A DNA stretch of 36,673 nt, taken from contig NC_069002.1 of NCBI RefSeq assembly GCF_001194135.2, positions 19,591,356 through 19,628,028 of the forward strand, given 5' to 3'. Position numbers and translations under genes: made by a program. Below are positions 24,871-36,489 of the stretch, piece by piece. Within the stretch, counting starts at the first letter, position 1. The number at the start of each line of letters is the position of its first letter. The notes under the pieces were generated by a model. That model was not told where the DNA came from. It ran no database searches and saw only the letters and a list, made by a program, of their open reading frames with translations. The DNA comes from Octopus bimaculoides. Taxonomy: Eukaryota.

Positions 24871-26236
24871 AGAAATATATAGATGCTACTTCCTGTTGGC
24901 AGAGAAGACCAAATACATGTCCTTCTGTTGTCTTTAAAATAAGTTGAAGTTTAGCCCAAAGTTCACCTCTAGTAGTGCACATTAATCACAAAAGCTGATC
25001 CAGTCATTCTTATCCTGTTGGGTCTTTACACAAGTAAAATCTTGACGAGATGCTTCATTCTCGTATCTGAAAATACTATTGCATTTAGCTGCTATTTCTA
25101 GTAGGAATGTATTATATCGAGAATCCTTCACAGGTCAACACTAGACTGCATCCACCAATTAAAATATTTGTCAATTGTCTACAATTGTCGTTTGTCGGTG
25201 TGTCTTTCTCTGATGTCAGCACTAACCCAACCAATCATATGCTGTATATACTCTCACACAATCAACTACAAATATAACAGATATATCTTCTTACAACATT
25301 CTTGTCAATTGTAATAACGTCATTAACCTGATCCGCATTGCCACAATGATCTCCTCATTTCAAACAAACCAGATTGTAGTATTTCATATTACCGGATCCA
25401 TACTAAACATTTTACCTCATCCTTTCTTTCCATTTCAAACTATCACCGTTACGTTTTTCTCCGAAACATTAATCTGTAAAACCTCAACACAATAATTCCA
25501 AATACAAAATTGAGTTACAGATTGTTTAAGAGCTCCTATTTAAGTTACCAATCATTTCTCCTTCAACAAAGACTCGACAATGAAGTATTGTCGATATGAT
25601 TGACAATAGTGAATGAGGAAATGAGTTTAAGTGTAGACAGGGCAGGATGATATGGAAGAAGGACCAAGGCAAAAGAGATGAGGAGCAATGAGCGAGGGCA
25701 TATTTCCGCCACTGTCCCTGGCTTATTCCTTCCTTTCACACCATCAGGTCAACGATATGTTCCTCCCCACTTTCTACGGAAGAATGAAATTGAGAACATT
25801 AGACCCTCATTTCAATTCATCTTATTGACATTGTATAAACTCACTTATTGAACCAAAATCTGAACATCAATCACGCCGTGGTGTGCCATGATGAGAGGGC
25901 AGCATACACCTTAAGATTACTGGTACTCCTTCATAATGAATGGTGATAAATATCTTGGATAAATGGTGGATACCCGTGCGGGTGTAATATAATGTAACCT
26001 ACTCAGATATAACGTGTCTTTCTTGACGTGTAGTTTCTATGCAGAACTAGATAGAACTAATGATAAGGAAGAAATTAAGAAGTTGACCTGATACAGAGCT
26101 TATATTCATTCTTTAATTATCGCTAGATTTGAAACCGTCATGCATCTTTTGGTATTCAAAAAACATAATCAATACCCTGCGTGATAGCGATTCTGCCAGT
26201 TTGCCGCCTTATAGTCAATACCTGAATATTGATTAC

Positions 26237-26420
26237 AAATTTTGTCATAAGGCCAGTAATTTCGGAGAAGATGGCAAGTCGATTACATCGACACGAGTGT
26301 TCAATTGTTACTTAACTTGCCGACCCCGAAAGGGTGAAAGGCAAAGTCAACCTCGGCAGAATTTGAACTCAGCATGTGAAGACGAACGAAATGCTGCTAA
26401 TCATTTTATACGGATAACGA
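26237..26420 (-). mobile_element. SINE family B (a further 5' head fragment lies at 26175-26212, minus strand)
   Basis: gtcgattacatcgac..ccgaccccgaaagggtgaaaggcaaagtcaacctcggcagaatttgaactcag. Confidence 0.85.
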
Positions 26421-26450
26421 TGTCAATACCTAATATTAAAAGTAGCCCGA

Positions 26451-26635
26451 AGGTGGCGAGCAGGTAGAATCGTTCGCATGCCGGGCAAACTGCTGAGCGG
26501 TATTTAGTCTTCATTTATGTTCAAATCCCTCCATGGCCGACTTCACCTTTCATCCTTTCGAGGTCGGTAAAATAAGTACTGGGGTCGATGTATTCGACTT
26601 CCCCCACCCCCGAAAGTGTCAAAAATTGAAACCAG
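26451..26635 (+). mobile_element. SINE family B, head-to-head with the previous copy
   Basis: aggtggcgagcaggtagaatcgtt..gttcaaatccc..ccgacttcacctttcatcctttcgaggtcggtaaaataagtactggggtcgat. Confidence 0.85.
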
Positions 26636-27361
26636 TTTTAAAAACAATAGGAACCTAACTGGTTTTTAAGGACTGTATAAAGGAGTAAACTCTTTGTTCA
26701 TACGACAAATATTAAAAGACTTCACCAAGAGACTATGCTCTCTTTCAGTTTTGCTTCCTTCAGAGACCCGCACACATGCTAGCACACAGGCACGTACACA
26801 CATACACACATACACACATCACCCTGGAAAAAATGTAGTTCTGTAACAGGTGACTTTTCCAATCAATGGAATCGAACTCTTGCCTAAAAGCCATTCACTG
26901 GATCAATTACTTAGTGTCCTGCCTGCAGTAAAGCTTCACAAATGACAACCCCGTCTCTTCATCGATTAGCCGTTTCCCTATCATCTTAACGATTAGTTTC
27001 TTATACCATTGCTCAGAGAAATTAAATCATATTTTTATTGTTTCCTACCACCGCCACCTTCACCCCAAACCCTTAAAGTAAAATACAAATAAATAAATTA
27101 ATAACGTAAAATGAACAAACATTTGTGAGAAAAACTGTGCAGAACGAAACGAAGACAGATTTAACAGACAGTGTAGTAAGACATTATAATTTAATAGGAA
27201 TAATGGAAAACTTTTCTTATATTACAATTTTAAAAATGAATAACAAAAAAGAAAGGAAGTGAAGCAATGTTACTTGTCTTGACGAACAGAGAAAAATAAA
27301 ACAAGACAAAAATTACATATAACACACACACATATATTATATATATATGTATATGCATATG

Positions 27362-27396
<35 letters not shown>

Positions 27397-27592
27397 GTAT
27401 GTATACAGCTGTTTTTGTAAAGTTATTATTATCATCGTGTAACAAATTATAATGGCGTTTTTATATCCAATAGATTTCTTTCCTCTTCTCTGTCTCCACT
27501 TCTCACTTGTCGCACTCGCGATTATATATTTTAAAATATATTCAAATACATATTATACAATCACAGGCACGTGCACAAAGATGCACTGACGC

Positions 27593-27626
<34 letters not shown>

Positions 27627-28150
27627 NNNNNNNNNNNNNNNNNNNATATATATACATATATATACATATATATATATATGTTCATATGTACGCAATGCCC
27701 ACAGATGTATTTACGAATAGATGCAGAGCCACTAGTTTATACAGAGTTTGTCTGATAGAAGGAGTGATGTTTCGAGGCTAAAACATTCTCACCAGATACA
27801 CCGATGCAAAAACCCAGTCTACCTTATGTAATATTAAAAGACTACGAAGAGAATTTTGTTCAGAACCGATCTGATCGCTTCACGTGACCCTCCAACTCTG
27901 ACGTATGTAGAATTAGCAAGGTCATTTTAGATAATGTCTTACCTCACTTTCATTTTAAGTTCGTATCAAGCCTCTGGTGTAACAACCCAAAGGTCATCGG
28001 TTGGTTTAGGTATTTAATCTCTAGAAGTCGATATCAATTCATCCAGGTCGTTATAGGTCAGTACTGTTCTAGTGTATCTCCTCACCCACTAAATTAGGAC
28101 CTCATCTTCCCAGTTATACAATAACTTACTTTATTATTTCTAGACACTAG

Positions 28151-28325
28151 GTGACGGACTGGCGGATTAGTTGGCACGCCGGAGGAGATGCTTGGAGATA
28201 TTTCGTCCGTCTTTAATTCTTGAGTTCAAATTCAGCCGAGCTCGACTTTACATTTCGTCCCTTCCGGGCCAATAAAATATGTACCATCTGAATAATGGGG
28301 TCGATATAATGGACCTACCCTACCA
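28151..28325 (+). mobile_element. SINE family B
   Basis: gtgacggactggcggattagttggcacgccgg..gagttcaaattcagccgagctcgacttt..ggggtcgatataatggac. Confidence 0.8.
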
Positions 28326-28483
28326 TTCAAATTGCTAGATCTGTGCAAAAATATTGAAACGAATATTACTTCACCATTTATCATATATGATTTTTTAAAA
28401 ATATATTCAAACTTCGTATCTTCTCTAATATATGTATTAGATTTCACCGACAAGAAACTGTCTAGAAAATCCAGGCGCGTCTA

Positions 28484-28527
<44 letters not shown>

Positions 28528-29157
28528 ACACACCTCTTCAAACCATCTTTGACATGCAGTCTCAACACCCATATTTTTCAATTGCACTTCAAGCCGGAGT
28601 TTTAGTGGTAAACCAGATTGACAGCTAATACTACACGTCTATGAAGTGATGTCAATTGACGAAAACTCCGTGTATTATGTATATTCAGAAGGCCCTGTGG
28701 CCAATCTTAACAAAAACTTATCTGGGCCTAATTCCCTTTGGCAGTTATGCTCATTTCACCCTTATTCTTTCTCCCTTTTCATACCCTCTCCCTTTTGCTA
28801 CTCTTTCTTCATCCCATCTATTTTTGCCCTGTCCTACCCACATCTCTTTTTATCTCTATCTTAGCCTGTCTCATTTGAAGACAAATACATTTTGATTGAA
28901 TTGTATCGAGACTTTATTTACCACTGACAAGAGATTTCCCAAAGCAGGCAGTTAAATTGCGAAATTTTCCTATGTTGCCACTCTCTTTGAAGATATCTAT
29001 CAGAGAGGATAGTCCAGGTTCTTGTCATCTTTTCTCGAAATTTTGGATCCTCGAGGAAAACTTTTCTTTCATGATGTAATCATTGTAATCGAGGTATTCC
29101 TCAGTAAAGAATGCGTTTTAACCTACTACTACTACTGCTACTTTATACACACACGCA

Positions 29158-29242
<85 letters not shown>

Positions 29243-29879
29243 GTATAAGAGGTATGAATGTAAAAATACATTACGCAGGATATATCGTAAACAACTCAAA
29301 ATTGTTTACGAATGTATCAGTAACCGGAACATGCAATCAAGACATTTTGTCATAAAAGAAGAACGTATAATAGTGAATGAATCGCAGTTATAATGGAGAG
29401 GTTTATAAGAACCCTTACACGTCTAGAAATAGCAGTCAAAACCGCTATAAAGTCACTATAATCACTCATATTATATCTCCTCAACAATAAAAACTATCGG
29501 CGAGCGACATGACATAAAAATTCGAAATTTAAATAAGATATAAGGTTAGTGCTCTATTACCGTTTCGAAACGTGACTGCAATAAAGGCAACAACGCAACG
29601 GAAAATGCAATGATTATTAATGCAGTTTATGGGGATCAGGCAATAAGCGGTGGCTCTGGAAAGTACTGCCTAGAAGACGTGCGTTGTCCAGGTGTATCTG
29701 TAGACCTCGACGAGGACGTTCTGCAAATCCTGGTGGAACAAAATCCCATCGTAGCTGTTGAAGAACTAGCACAGAAGCTTGGATTTGGTCATTCAACCAT
29801 TCATCGACACCTGCGTGCCATTGGAAGCGTCAGCAAATTGGGTCAATGGATTCCTCACGAACTTTTCAAGTCCAATCGC

Positions 29880-29881
<2 letters not shown>

Positions 29882-29955
<74 letters not shown>

Positions 29956-29967
29956 TGTGTGTGTGTG
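29882..29967. repeat. Compound (AG)36(TG)7 microsatellite inside the mariner coding sequence
   Basis: Sits at the expected R-A-Q-R-V-x-V-C codons and shifts the frame. Confidence 0.95.
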
Positions 29968-30509
29968 ACATCTTCTTTGCTATCACGTCTCACAAACAAA
30001 CATTTTTGGGAACGAATAGTGACGAGAAATAGGTTCTCTATAAAAGTGTGAAGCGCTGAAGACAGTTGGTTGGGAAAGGAGAAACACCGGCACCCCAGAC
30101 TTAAGAAGGTATTCACACATGTAAGGTGTTGTTATCTGTGTGGTGGGATATGAAAGGGTTAGTACACTTTGAACTTTTAAACCCAAACCAGACGATAACG
30201 AAGTAGATCAACTGAGCGCAAATTAAGTCATCGCTATAAGAAAAACGACCATCTTTAGTTTCAAGAGGAAAGGTGTTCTTCCATCAGGATATCGCTCTGC
30301 CACATACAGCAATGATGACATTCTAACGGCTGCAGCAGATTGAATGGGAAACGATGCCCCACCCATCATATTCGCCGGACATTGCTGCATCTGATTATCA
30401 TTTATTACGCAGTCTTCAATATCATTTGGACAGAAAAAATATGAATTCTGTACTCGAAATCAGAATAGTACTGTATGAAGTGGGGCCTCGCAATCTACCA
30501 GTGCATTGT

Positions 30510-30730
30510 AGAAAATAAATGAGAAACGTTAGCACGCCGGGCGAAATGCTTGACAGTATTTCGTCTGCCGCTAGTTCTGAGTTCAAATTCCGCAGAGGTC
30601 GACTTTGCCTTTCATCCTTTCGGGGTCGATTAAATAAGTACGCACTGGGGTCGATATAATCGACTTAATCCGTTTGTCTGTCCAAGTTTGTCCCCTCTAT
30701 GTTTAGCCCCTTGTGGGCAGTAAAAAAATA
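30510..30730 (+). mobile_element. SINE family B, 5'-truncated, inserted in the mariner C-terminus
   Basis: agaaacgttagcacgccgggcgaaatgc..gagttcaaattccgcagaggtcgactttgcctttcatcctttcggggtcgat..ccccttgtgggcagtaaaaaaata. Mariner EHKGEY resumes after it. Confidence 0.9.
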
Positions 30731-30849
30731 AGAACATAAAGGAGAGTATATTTTAGATTAAAAAGAATTGTTTGTCTTAATTTTGAAAAATAAAAGAAGT
30801 ATAAAAAAAAACACCGAATTATTTATGGGATGGCCCAATATATTATGGC

Positions 30850-31700
30850 TAGGAGATAACAGTACACTCAAAATAGCTGCCCTCTTCTTCCATGTTGATC
30901 TTAACACGTCTCAACAATCTGGCCAAGCACCTCCTCGATGTTGGCCATCAGCTCATGTTTGGTACTGCTGACAGTGATTGCTGTCTTTCATAATCGCGCT
31001 CCACATATAATAATCCATAGGAATGTAATCGGAGAAAACAGGAGGCTAGAAACAGGAGCTATGAAGTTGGGAAAATACACCAACAGCAACATCGGACTCT
31101 ATCAATAGGTATGACAAGGATCTAAATTTGAAGTTACACATAAGGCGTTCCAGTAAAAACCGTCTCTAGCCAGCATTTGACCATAATCCCCAGCAGCTTC
31201 ACATGAACGTTTGAATTGAACCTGAGGCCTTATAGAAAGATGCTGGACGTTATGAATTTCCCTCAAGGCACACGCAAAAACAATCGCTTTTGAGGGAAAT
31301 TTGCATTTGATAAGAGTTGGGACATAACATAGAATTGTTGGCAAGAAACGTGAGGATATGGGTGTTGTGCAACTGATCATAGCAGAAGTTCTTTTCAAAT
31401 GAGAAGAACATGCTCATCCCCAACTCAACAGGTGCCTCAGCTTGTTATGGAGTTTCAAGAAGTTCTGCTTGAACTTAATTGTCAGAATGTCCTTTACGCC
31501 TCTTGTACGAGTTGTAGCGGAGGTCATGATTTAATTCCAGCTTCCTTGACGCAACTCCAACCCACATCTCACTCACCAAAGCCAGGTTCTCTTGTTCGGA
31601 GTTTCCACCCCCTTGTCTTTTACGGTCGCGGTGAAAACGCCTGCTGTGTCTCTTTCTGCTGGCCACGGCTTTGTTGTTAGTAGTGCAGCTGCTCTGCAGT
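30850..31700 (-). mobile_element. maT-family (DD37D) Tc1/mariner transposase relic
   Basis: RKRHSRR; HDLRYNSYKRRKGH; KLHNKLRH; MFFSFEKNFCYDQLHN; KCKFPSKAIVF; GLRFNS..VKCWLETV; NLDPCHT followed by 37 positions (one 1-nt deletion) to *PPVFSDYIPMDYYMWS; EGSYFE. Confidence 0.88.
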
Positions 31701-32149
31701 TATTAAGAGCATTAAGCAGCAGTCATTATAACAACACTGCAACACTTGGTGCGAATCATCATGACACAGGTAGGTCCTTTCCGATATTTACATGGCTTCC
31801 AATCCTACATGTCACACAAGGTTTTCTCAACTCCAAATGTAATCACCATGCTCTCCAGCGACGTTCACTCTTTGCCAAGACAGCTAGCTGTTCCTGAAAA
31901 ATGAAAAGGATCGTTATAATTTAGCCCGAGTACCCAGTGGACATGATCAAAAGATGCAAATCGATACACGTCATCGTCGCAACGACGGAGGATCCGGTTA
32001 ATATTTTTGTATATCACTTCTACTAATAAATAAATGTGTGTGTGTGCGCGTGGGTATGTTGACGAGATGTGTACAACCGCTTGTTTTATCTATGTTTGTC
32101 TTTGAGCGGCACTAATGAGTCAATATATACACTCTCGTATTTCTCTGCC

Positions 32150-32406
32150 AGTTTATTCATCATCATCGTCATTATCGTCATCACCATCACCGTCATCATC
32201 GTTGTCATCGTCGTCGTCGTCGTCATCATTGCCATTTCCTATGTCACCATCATTTATTGGGGTTAACCGACTTCAAATATGCCATATTTGGAGACGTATT
32301 AAAAACAACTGTTTTCTTTCTTCTTTCTTTTGTCTTTGTCTTCCATGTGTGTGTATGTGTGTGTGTTTGCCTGTATGTATGTGTGTGTGTGTGTGTGTGT
32401 CTGTAT

Positions 32407-32444
<38 letters not shown>

Positions 32445-33082
32445 NNNNNNNNNNNNNNNNNNNNNNNNNNNNNNNNNNNNNNNNNNNNNNNNNNNNNNNN
32501 NNNNNNNNNNNNNNNNNNNNNNNNNNNNNNNNNNNNNNNNNNNNNNNNNNNNNNNNNNNNNNNNNNNNNNNNNNNNNNNNNNNNNNNNNNNNNNNNNNNN
32601 NNNNNNNNNNNNNNNNNNNNNNNNNNNNNNNNNNNNNNNNNNNNNNNNNNNNNNNNNNNNNNNNNNNNNNNNNNNNNNNNNNNNNNNNNNNNNNNNNNNN
32701 NNNNNNNNNNNNNNNNNNNNNNNNNNNNNCCACCACCACCACCACCACCACCACCACCATCCTCTTCCTCCTTCTCCTTATCATCACTAGCACCATTTCC
32801 AACACGAATAGTATGATAATGATGATGATGTTAACGGTGATGATAATCATCATAATCGTCGTCGTCTTTGCCACCATCATCATCGTCTTCACCATCATCA
32901 TTATCGTCATCATCATCTTCATCAACATCATCATGCCCACCACCTACGTGACTTCTCTCCATAACCTTTTCATTTTTCGTTTTCTTTTTCTTGTTTTCCA
33001 TTCTCTCATAGTATTCTTCTTCTTCTTCTTCTTCTTCTTCTTCTTCTTCTTCTTCTTCTTCTTCTTCTTCTTCTTCTTCTTC
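32150..33082. repeat. Low-complexity block: (ATC/GTC)n, (GT)n, gap, (CAC)n, (ATC)n, (TTC)n
   Basis: Direct reading; explains the poly-S/I/H/F ORFs. Confidence 0.9.
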
Positions 33083-33404
33083 TGCTACGACTTATTCCTT
33101 TTCTTAAATTCATTGTTCACAATTTAATAATTGATATCATTTGTCCCTTTCTTAAAATAAGATTTGGGCCCTCCTTGGAGAAAGTAGATAAATATTCTGA
33201 TGCTCAACTAATATATTATTGCTTCAACGAAAATATTCTTTGGACCGAAAATGTTCAACAGACAAGGAAGCCAAAGCTTTCTGAAAAGATCGGAAAACAA
33301 TATTTTCTGGATTCTTTCGAGGAATCTCCTCTTTGGTAATTCACTAATTTACTAGTGTACTAATGGCTATACTATATAGTTCTCTATTATAGGCGCAAGC
33401 ATTG

Positions 33405-33800
33405 TTGTGTAGTAAGAAGCCAGAATTTCCAGCCACATGATTTCTGGTTCAGTCCCACTGTGTGGCATCTGGGGCAGGTGTTTCTACTATAACCTTGAAC
33501 CAGCCAAACCATTGTGAATGGATTTGGTCGTCAAAAACTGAAAGGTTCCATCCTATGTGTGTGCGCATGTATGTATGTATGTGTGTGTGTGTGTGTGTGT
33601 GTGCAACTTCGTGTCTATGTTTGTTGACCTCCACTGCTTGGTGTGTTTACATCCCCGTAACTTAGCATTTCGGCAAATGTGTCCCCTTGAATAAGTACCA
33701 GGCATTCAAAAAATTAAGTACTGGACTGATCCAATCGACAAAATTTCTTTAAGGCCTTGCCCCAGCATGGCCGTAGTCTAATAACTAAATAAATAATTAC
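33405..33800 (+). mobile_element. tRNA-derived SINE family A
   Basis: B box GGTTCAGTCCC; gtgtttacatccccgtaacttagcatttcggcaaa; ccccagcatggccg 3' end. Confidence 0.85.
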
Positions 33801-34506
33801 TAACAGATAGCTAGACAAATTCATTAATTGCATATTGTTTTAATTCAAAAACTGAATATAATATCTTAGCCTTACGCTCGATTCCACACAATAATATAAT
33901 CATTTCCTTTTGCTCTAGCAATACTTAACGCAATGTTCTCATTTTTGTCATGGAGAATTACGTCAATGAATATAGTTTTAAATGGAGATAAGTCTGATGC
34001 CAAAAAAAAAAAAAACGCTATTCTCTTGATTTTACACTGTCAATTTCGAAGTGAGTTGGAGGTTTATATCAAGAGCACAGATAAGTTTTATCGAATCATT
34101 TCAATGTTAATGAGTAAGCTTTTGCAGCTTTACTCCATTATTTTACGCTCGTCACCATTTATGAAGGAAATATAGAAATACTCGACTGTATTTTTCCAAA
34201 ATACACAACGTCGATTATATCCTTATCCTCCTTTACAGGTGTGTGGGATATTATATTTAGTAGCTTTGGTAACATTGGCCTCCAAACGTTTTAATCGCTG
34301 CTGTCACATTATTCAGGATTTCTCCATCTTGGCTACGGATAGAACGGACGCAGCTGCATTATTAAATGATTTGCTTAGTTGTCATGGAATTACACCAGAC
34401 ACATAGACAACTTCTGCCCCACATATTAAGAACATTAAATTCGTAGAGACGAAATGAATATACTACGAAATGTAACATATGCATAAACATACTTACATGT
34501 GCATTG

Positions 34507-34547
<41 letters not shown>

Positions 34548-34588
34548 GATGTGTGTGTGTGTGTATAGATGTGTGTGTGTGAGAGAGG

Positions 34589-34659
<71 letters not shown>

Positions 34660-35093
34660 AAAGACAGAGAAATAGAGAGTTTCTAATTAGAAATCCGATG
34701 TATATAACAATTAGAAAAATATATAAGGATTTAACGATTTCAGTTTCCTCTCTAATATTATGATTCAGAAAATATTAAGAGCATTCCTGCTTATACGAAT
34801 CCGTATCCTATTCGTAACAACCGGACTGGTCACCCTAATCCATCGTTAATGTAAAGCTACCGCCCGACTATTACGCATCTTTAGCGAAGTCGAGTCTGAT
34901 ACAAAAATTAAGGGTAGGTCTTTGGATTGAGTGTAAATTCAGTCACAATATTTTGTTGAATCAACAAAACTTTACGAGTATTGTTCCTCCTCTACTAAAT
35001 AAGCTTTTCAAAAATAACATCAAATTAACATCAAAATCCCTCAGCTCATTGATATTTCTATTACTTTAATTTTTTTCTATTTTATTATTAAAG

Positions 35094-35194
35094 AGTCCGT
35101 AACATTTGATTACATCATACGAGTGGTGCCATCAGTCTACGAAAACATCAATGGCGCAGTGCACTATCCATTCCAGTATACTTATACAACGCGA
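35094..35194 (+). CDS. ERGIC1: ERGIC1 internal coding exon (equivalent to human exon 8), 101 nt, phase 1 to phase 0
   Basis: Acceptor ttttttctattttattattaaAG, donor GTAAGT at 35195. Reads (K)SVTFDYIIRVVPSVYENINGAVHYPFQYTYTTR, which has 13/33 identities without gaps to recalled human ERGIC1 LASHDYILKIVPTVYEDKSGKQRYSYQYTVANK. The DY-VP-VYE-QYT pattern fits ERGIC1 better than ERGIC2 or ERGIC3. Confidence 0.92.
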
Positions 35195-36129
35195 GTAAGT
35201 TTCTATCTTTTTTTTTTCTGGTTTAGTAGGAATTTCGTTTTTGTTGGCTATCTTGCTGTTGGGTAGCCTCGGCCATTTTATTTTTTAAAATCTACTGACT
35301 TGATCTAGAAAATCGACAGGTCTATAATCGAAGCTCAATAAACCAGAAAATTCTAAACGCTTAAATTTTCTACATTGGGGGTTGCAAGTAAAAACCAAAA
35401 ATCTGGGCAAGATAGAGTTCAGGAGGTTGGAAATTTAGGGAGGCGGGTCTTGACAACAAGGTCAATGTTAAGTGAGAAGGTGGTGATCGAAAAAGGAGTA
35501 ACGACAGAGAAAGATATGAATCGGGTGTTACCATTTAGTTCACAGTGATTGGAGACGGCTGGTTGAATTCATATCTCTAGCAAACATTAAAATCCCACAA
35601 CTATAAAATATGCAATGGATAACTTTGTACTTCATAATTAGCTATGGTTTAATTGCTCTGTATTCTTTTGCTGCTAATCACTGGATAATAAATGTAGTTT
35701 GCAACGACTTCATTGACGAGCGCTTCGTATTTTATCATGTTCACGTGATTGCAAACATCGCATTTGCATTTAGTAGTGACCCATTATACATAATAATATT
35801 AACATCAAGGGTCTATTTAAGAGAATTATTTCGTTTTCAAAGATAAAAATGCAAACATTGCAGGCATTATTATACTCTTATTTGCTCTTAAAAATATATA
35901 GATATGTAATAAAACAATATATGTTGCCTAAATGTTGGAAAACAAGTCTTGAAAAGGAAAGGAGACTGGGAACAATACGACAAGATTTAACAGACAGTAT
36001 ATCAAATACAGGAATGTATTTGAATAACTGTAAGGTCAAAGAAGATTCAATCGATTTCCGTCAATAATAAACCATTTACGCCAGTGTGCATCCCTGAACC
36101 TTACTTACATACATATAAATATATAGTAA

Positions 36130-36420
36130 GAATTTACAAAAAAAGAACAACAACAAAAGACGAAGACGGGTGTGTAAACAACAAAGAGATGAATTAGTTT
36201 AAGTCTCGGGAAGTGAGAAAGTCTTTTACGTTTCGAGCCTACGCTCTTCGACAGAAAGGAACTCAAAAATAAACATGGAGAGAAAATAGAAAAGGTTTAG
36301 TGGTTAAGGATCTATCATGGCGAATGCCGGACAGAGGGATCACACAAGAGAGCTAGGAGGAAGGGGAGATAATAATGTAGTGGTGATCTCAAAACGAAGG
36401 TGCGCGTGCGTGTATATGCG
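36130..36420 (-). mobile_element. Penelope-like terminal repeat remnant
   Basis: Contains the hammerhead at 36223-36258 and matches 1-36. The boundaries are approximate. Confidence 0.55.
36223..36258 (-). ncRNA. Minimal type I hammerhead-like motif with core variant (A6U), lacking helix III loop
   Basis: CTTT-CTGTCGA-A-GAGC-GTAG-GCTC-GAAAC-GTA-AAAG. Stem I CTTT/AAAG, stem II GAGC/GCTC, palindrome ACGT, triplet GUA (36227/36226). Confidence 0.6.
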
Positions 36421-36489
36421 ACAGCGTGTAGGTGCCTGTGTAGGGGGCTGGTGCACATGTATATATATGTATGTATGTATGTGTGTGTA

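Larger units (their letters stand above)
29577..30840 (+). mobile_element. Mariner (DD34D) element, 5'-truncated, 3' TIR retained, interrupted by a microsatellite and a SINE
   Basis: NKGNNATE..INAVYGD; LVEQNPIVAVEELAQKLGFGHSTIHRHL; QWIPHEL; KVLLSVWWDMKG; FHQDIALPH followed by exactly 34 residues to YSPDIAASDYHL. Ends ttatttatgggatggcccaata followed by TA. Confidence 0.92.
17565..35093 (+). other. ERGIC1: ERGIC1 intron, 17,529 nt, GT-AG, phase 1
   Basis: Lies between the two phase-compatible exons and is filled with TE relics and microsatellites. Confidence 0.8.

Noticed and set aside
27763-27800. Minus-strand CTGGTGA..TCGAAACATC hammerhead-like string
   Set aside because: A6 is mutated, stem II is 2 bp and stem I is not complementary; at best a dead relic.
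31847-31893. Minus-strand strong acceptor followed by EQLAVLAKSERRWRAW
   Set aside because: It lies just 5' of the maT relic and is more simply the transposon's leader; a stop follows.
33162-33335. 174-nt stop-free AG..GT segment (FGPSLEKVDKYSDAQLIYYCFNENILW..)
   Set aside because: It is open only in phase 2. The host intron is phase 1, where a TAG appears after 8 codons. The splice sites are weak and I recognise no homology.
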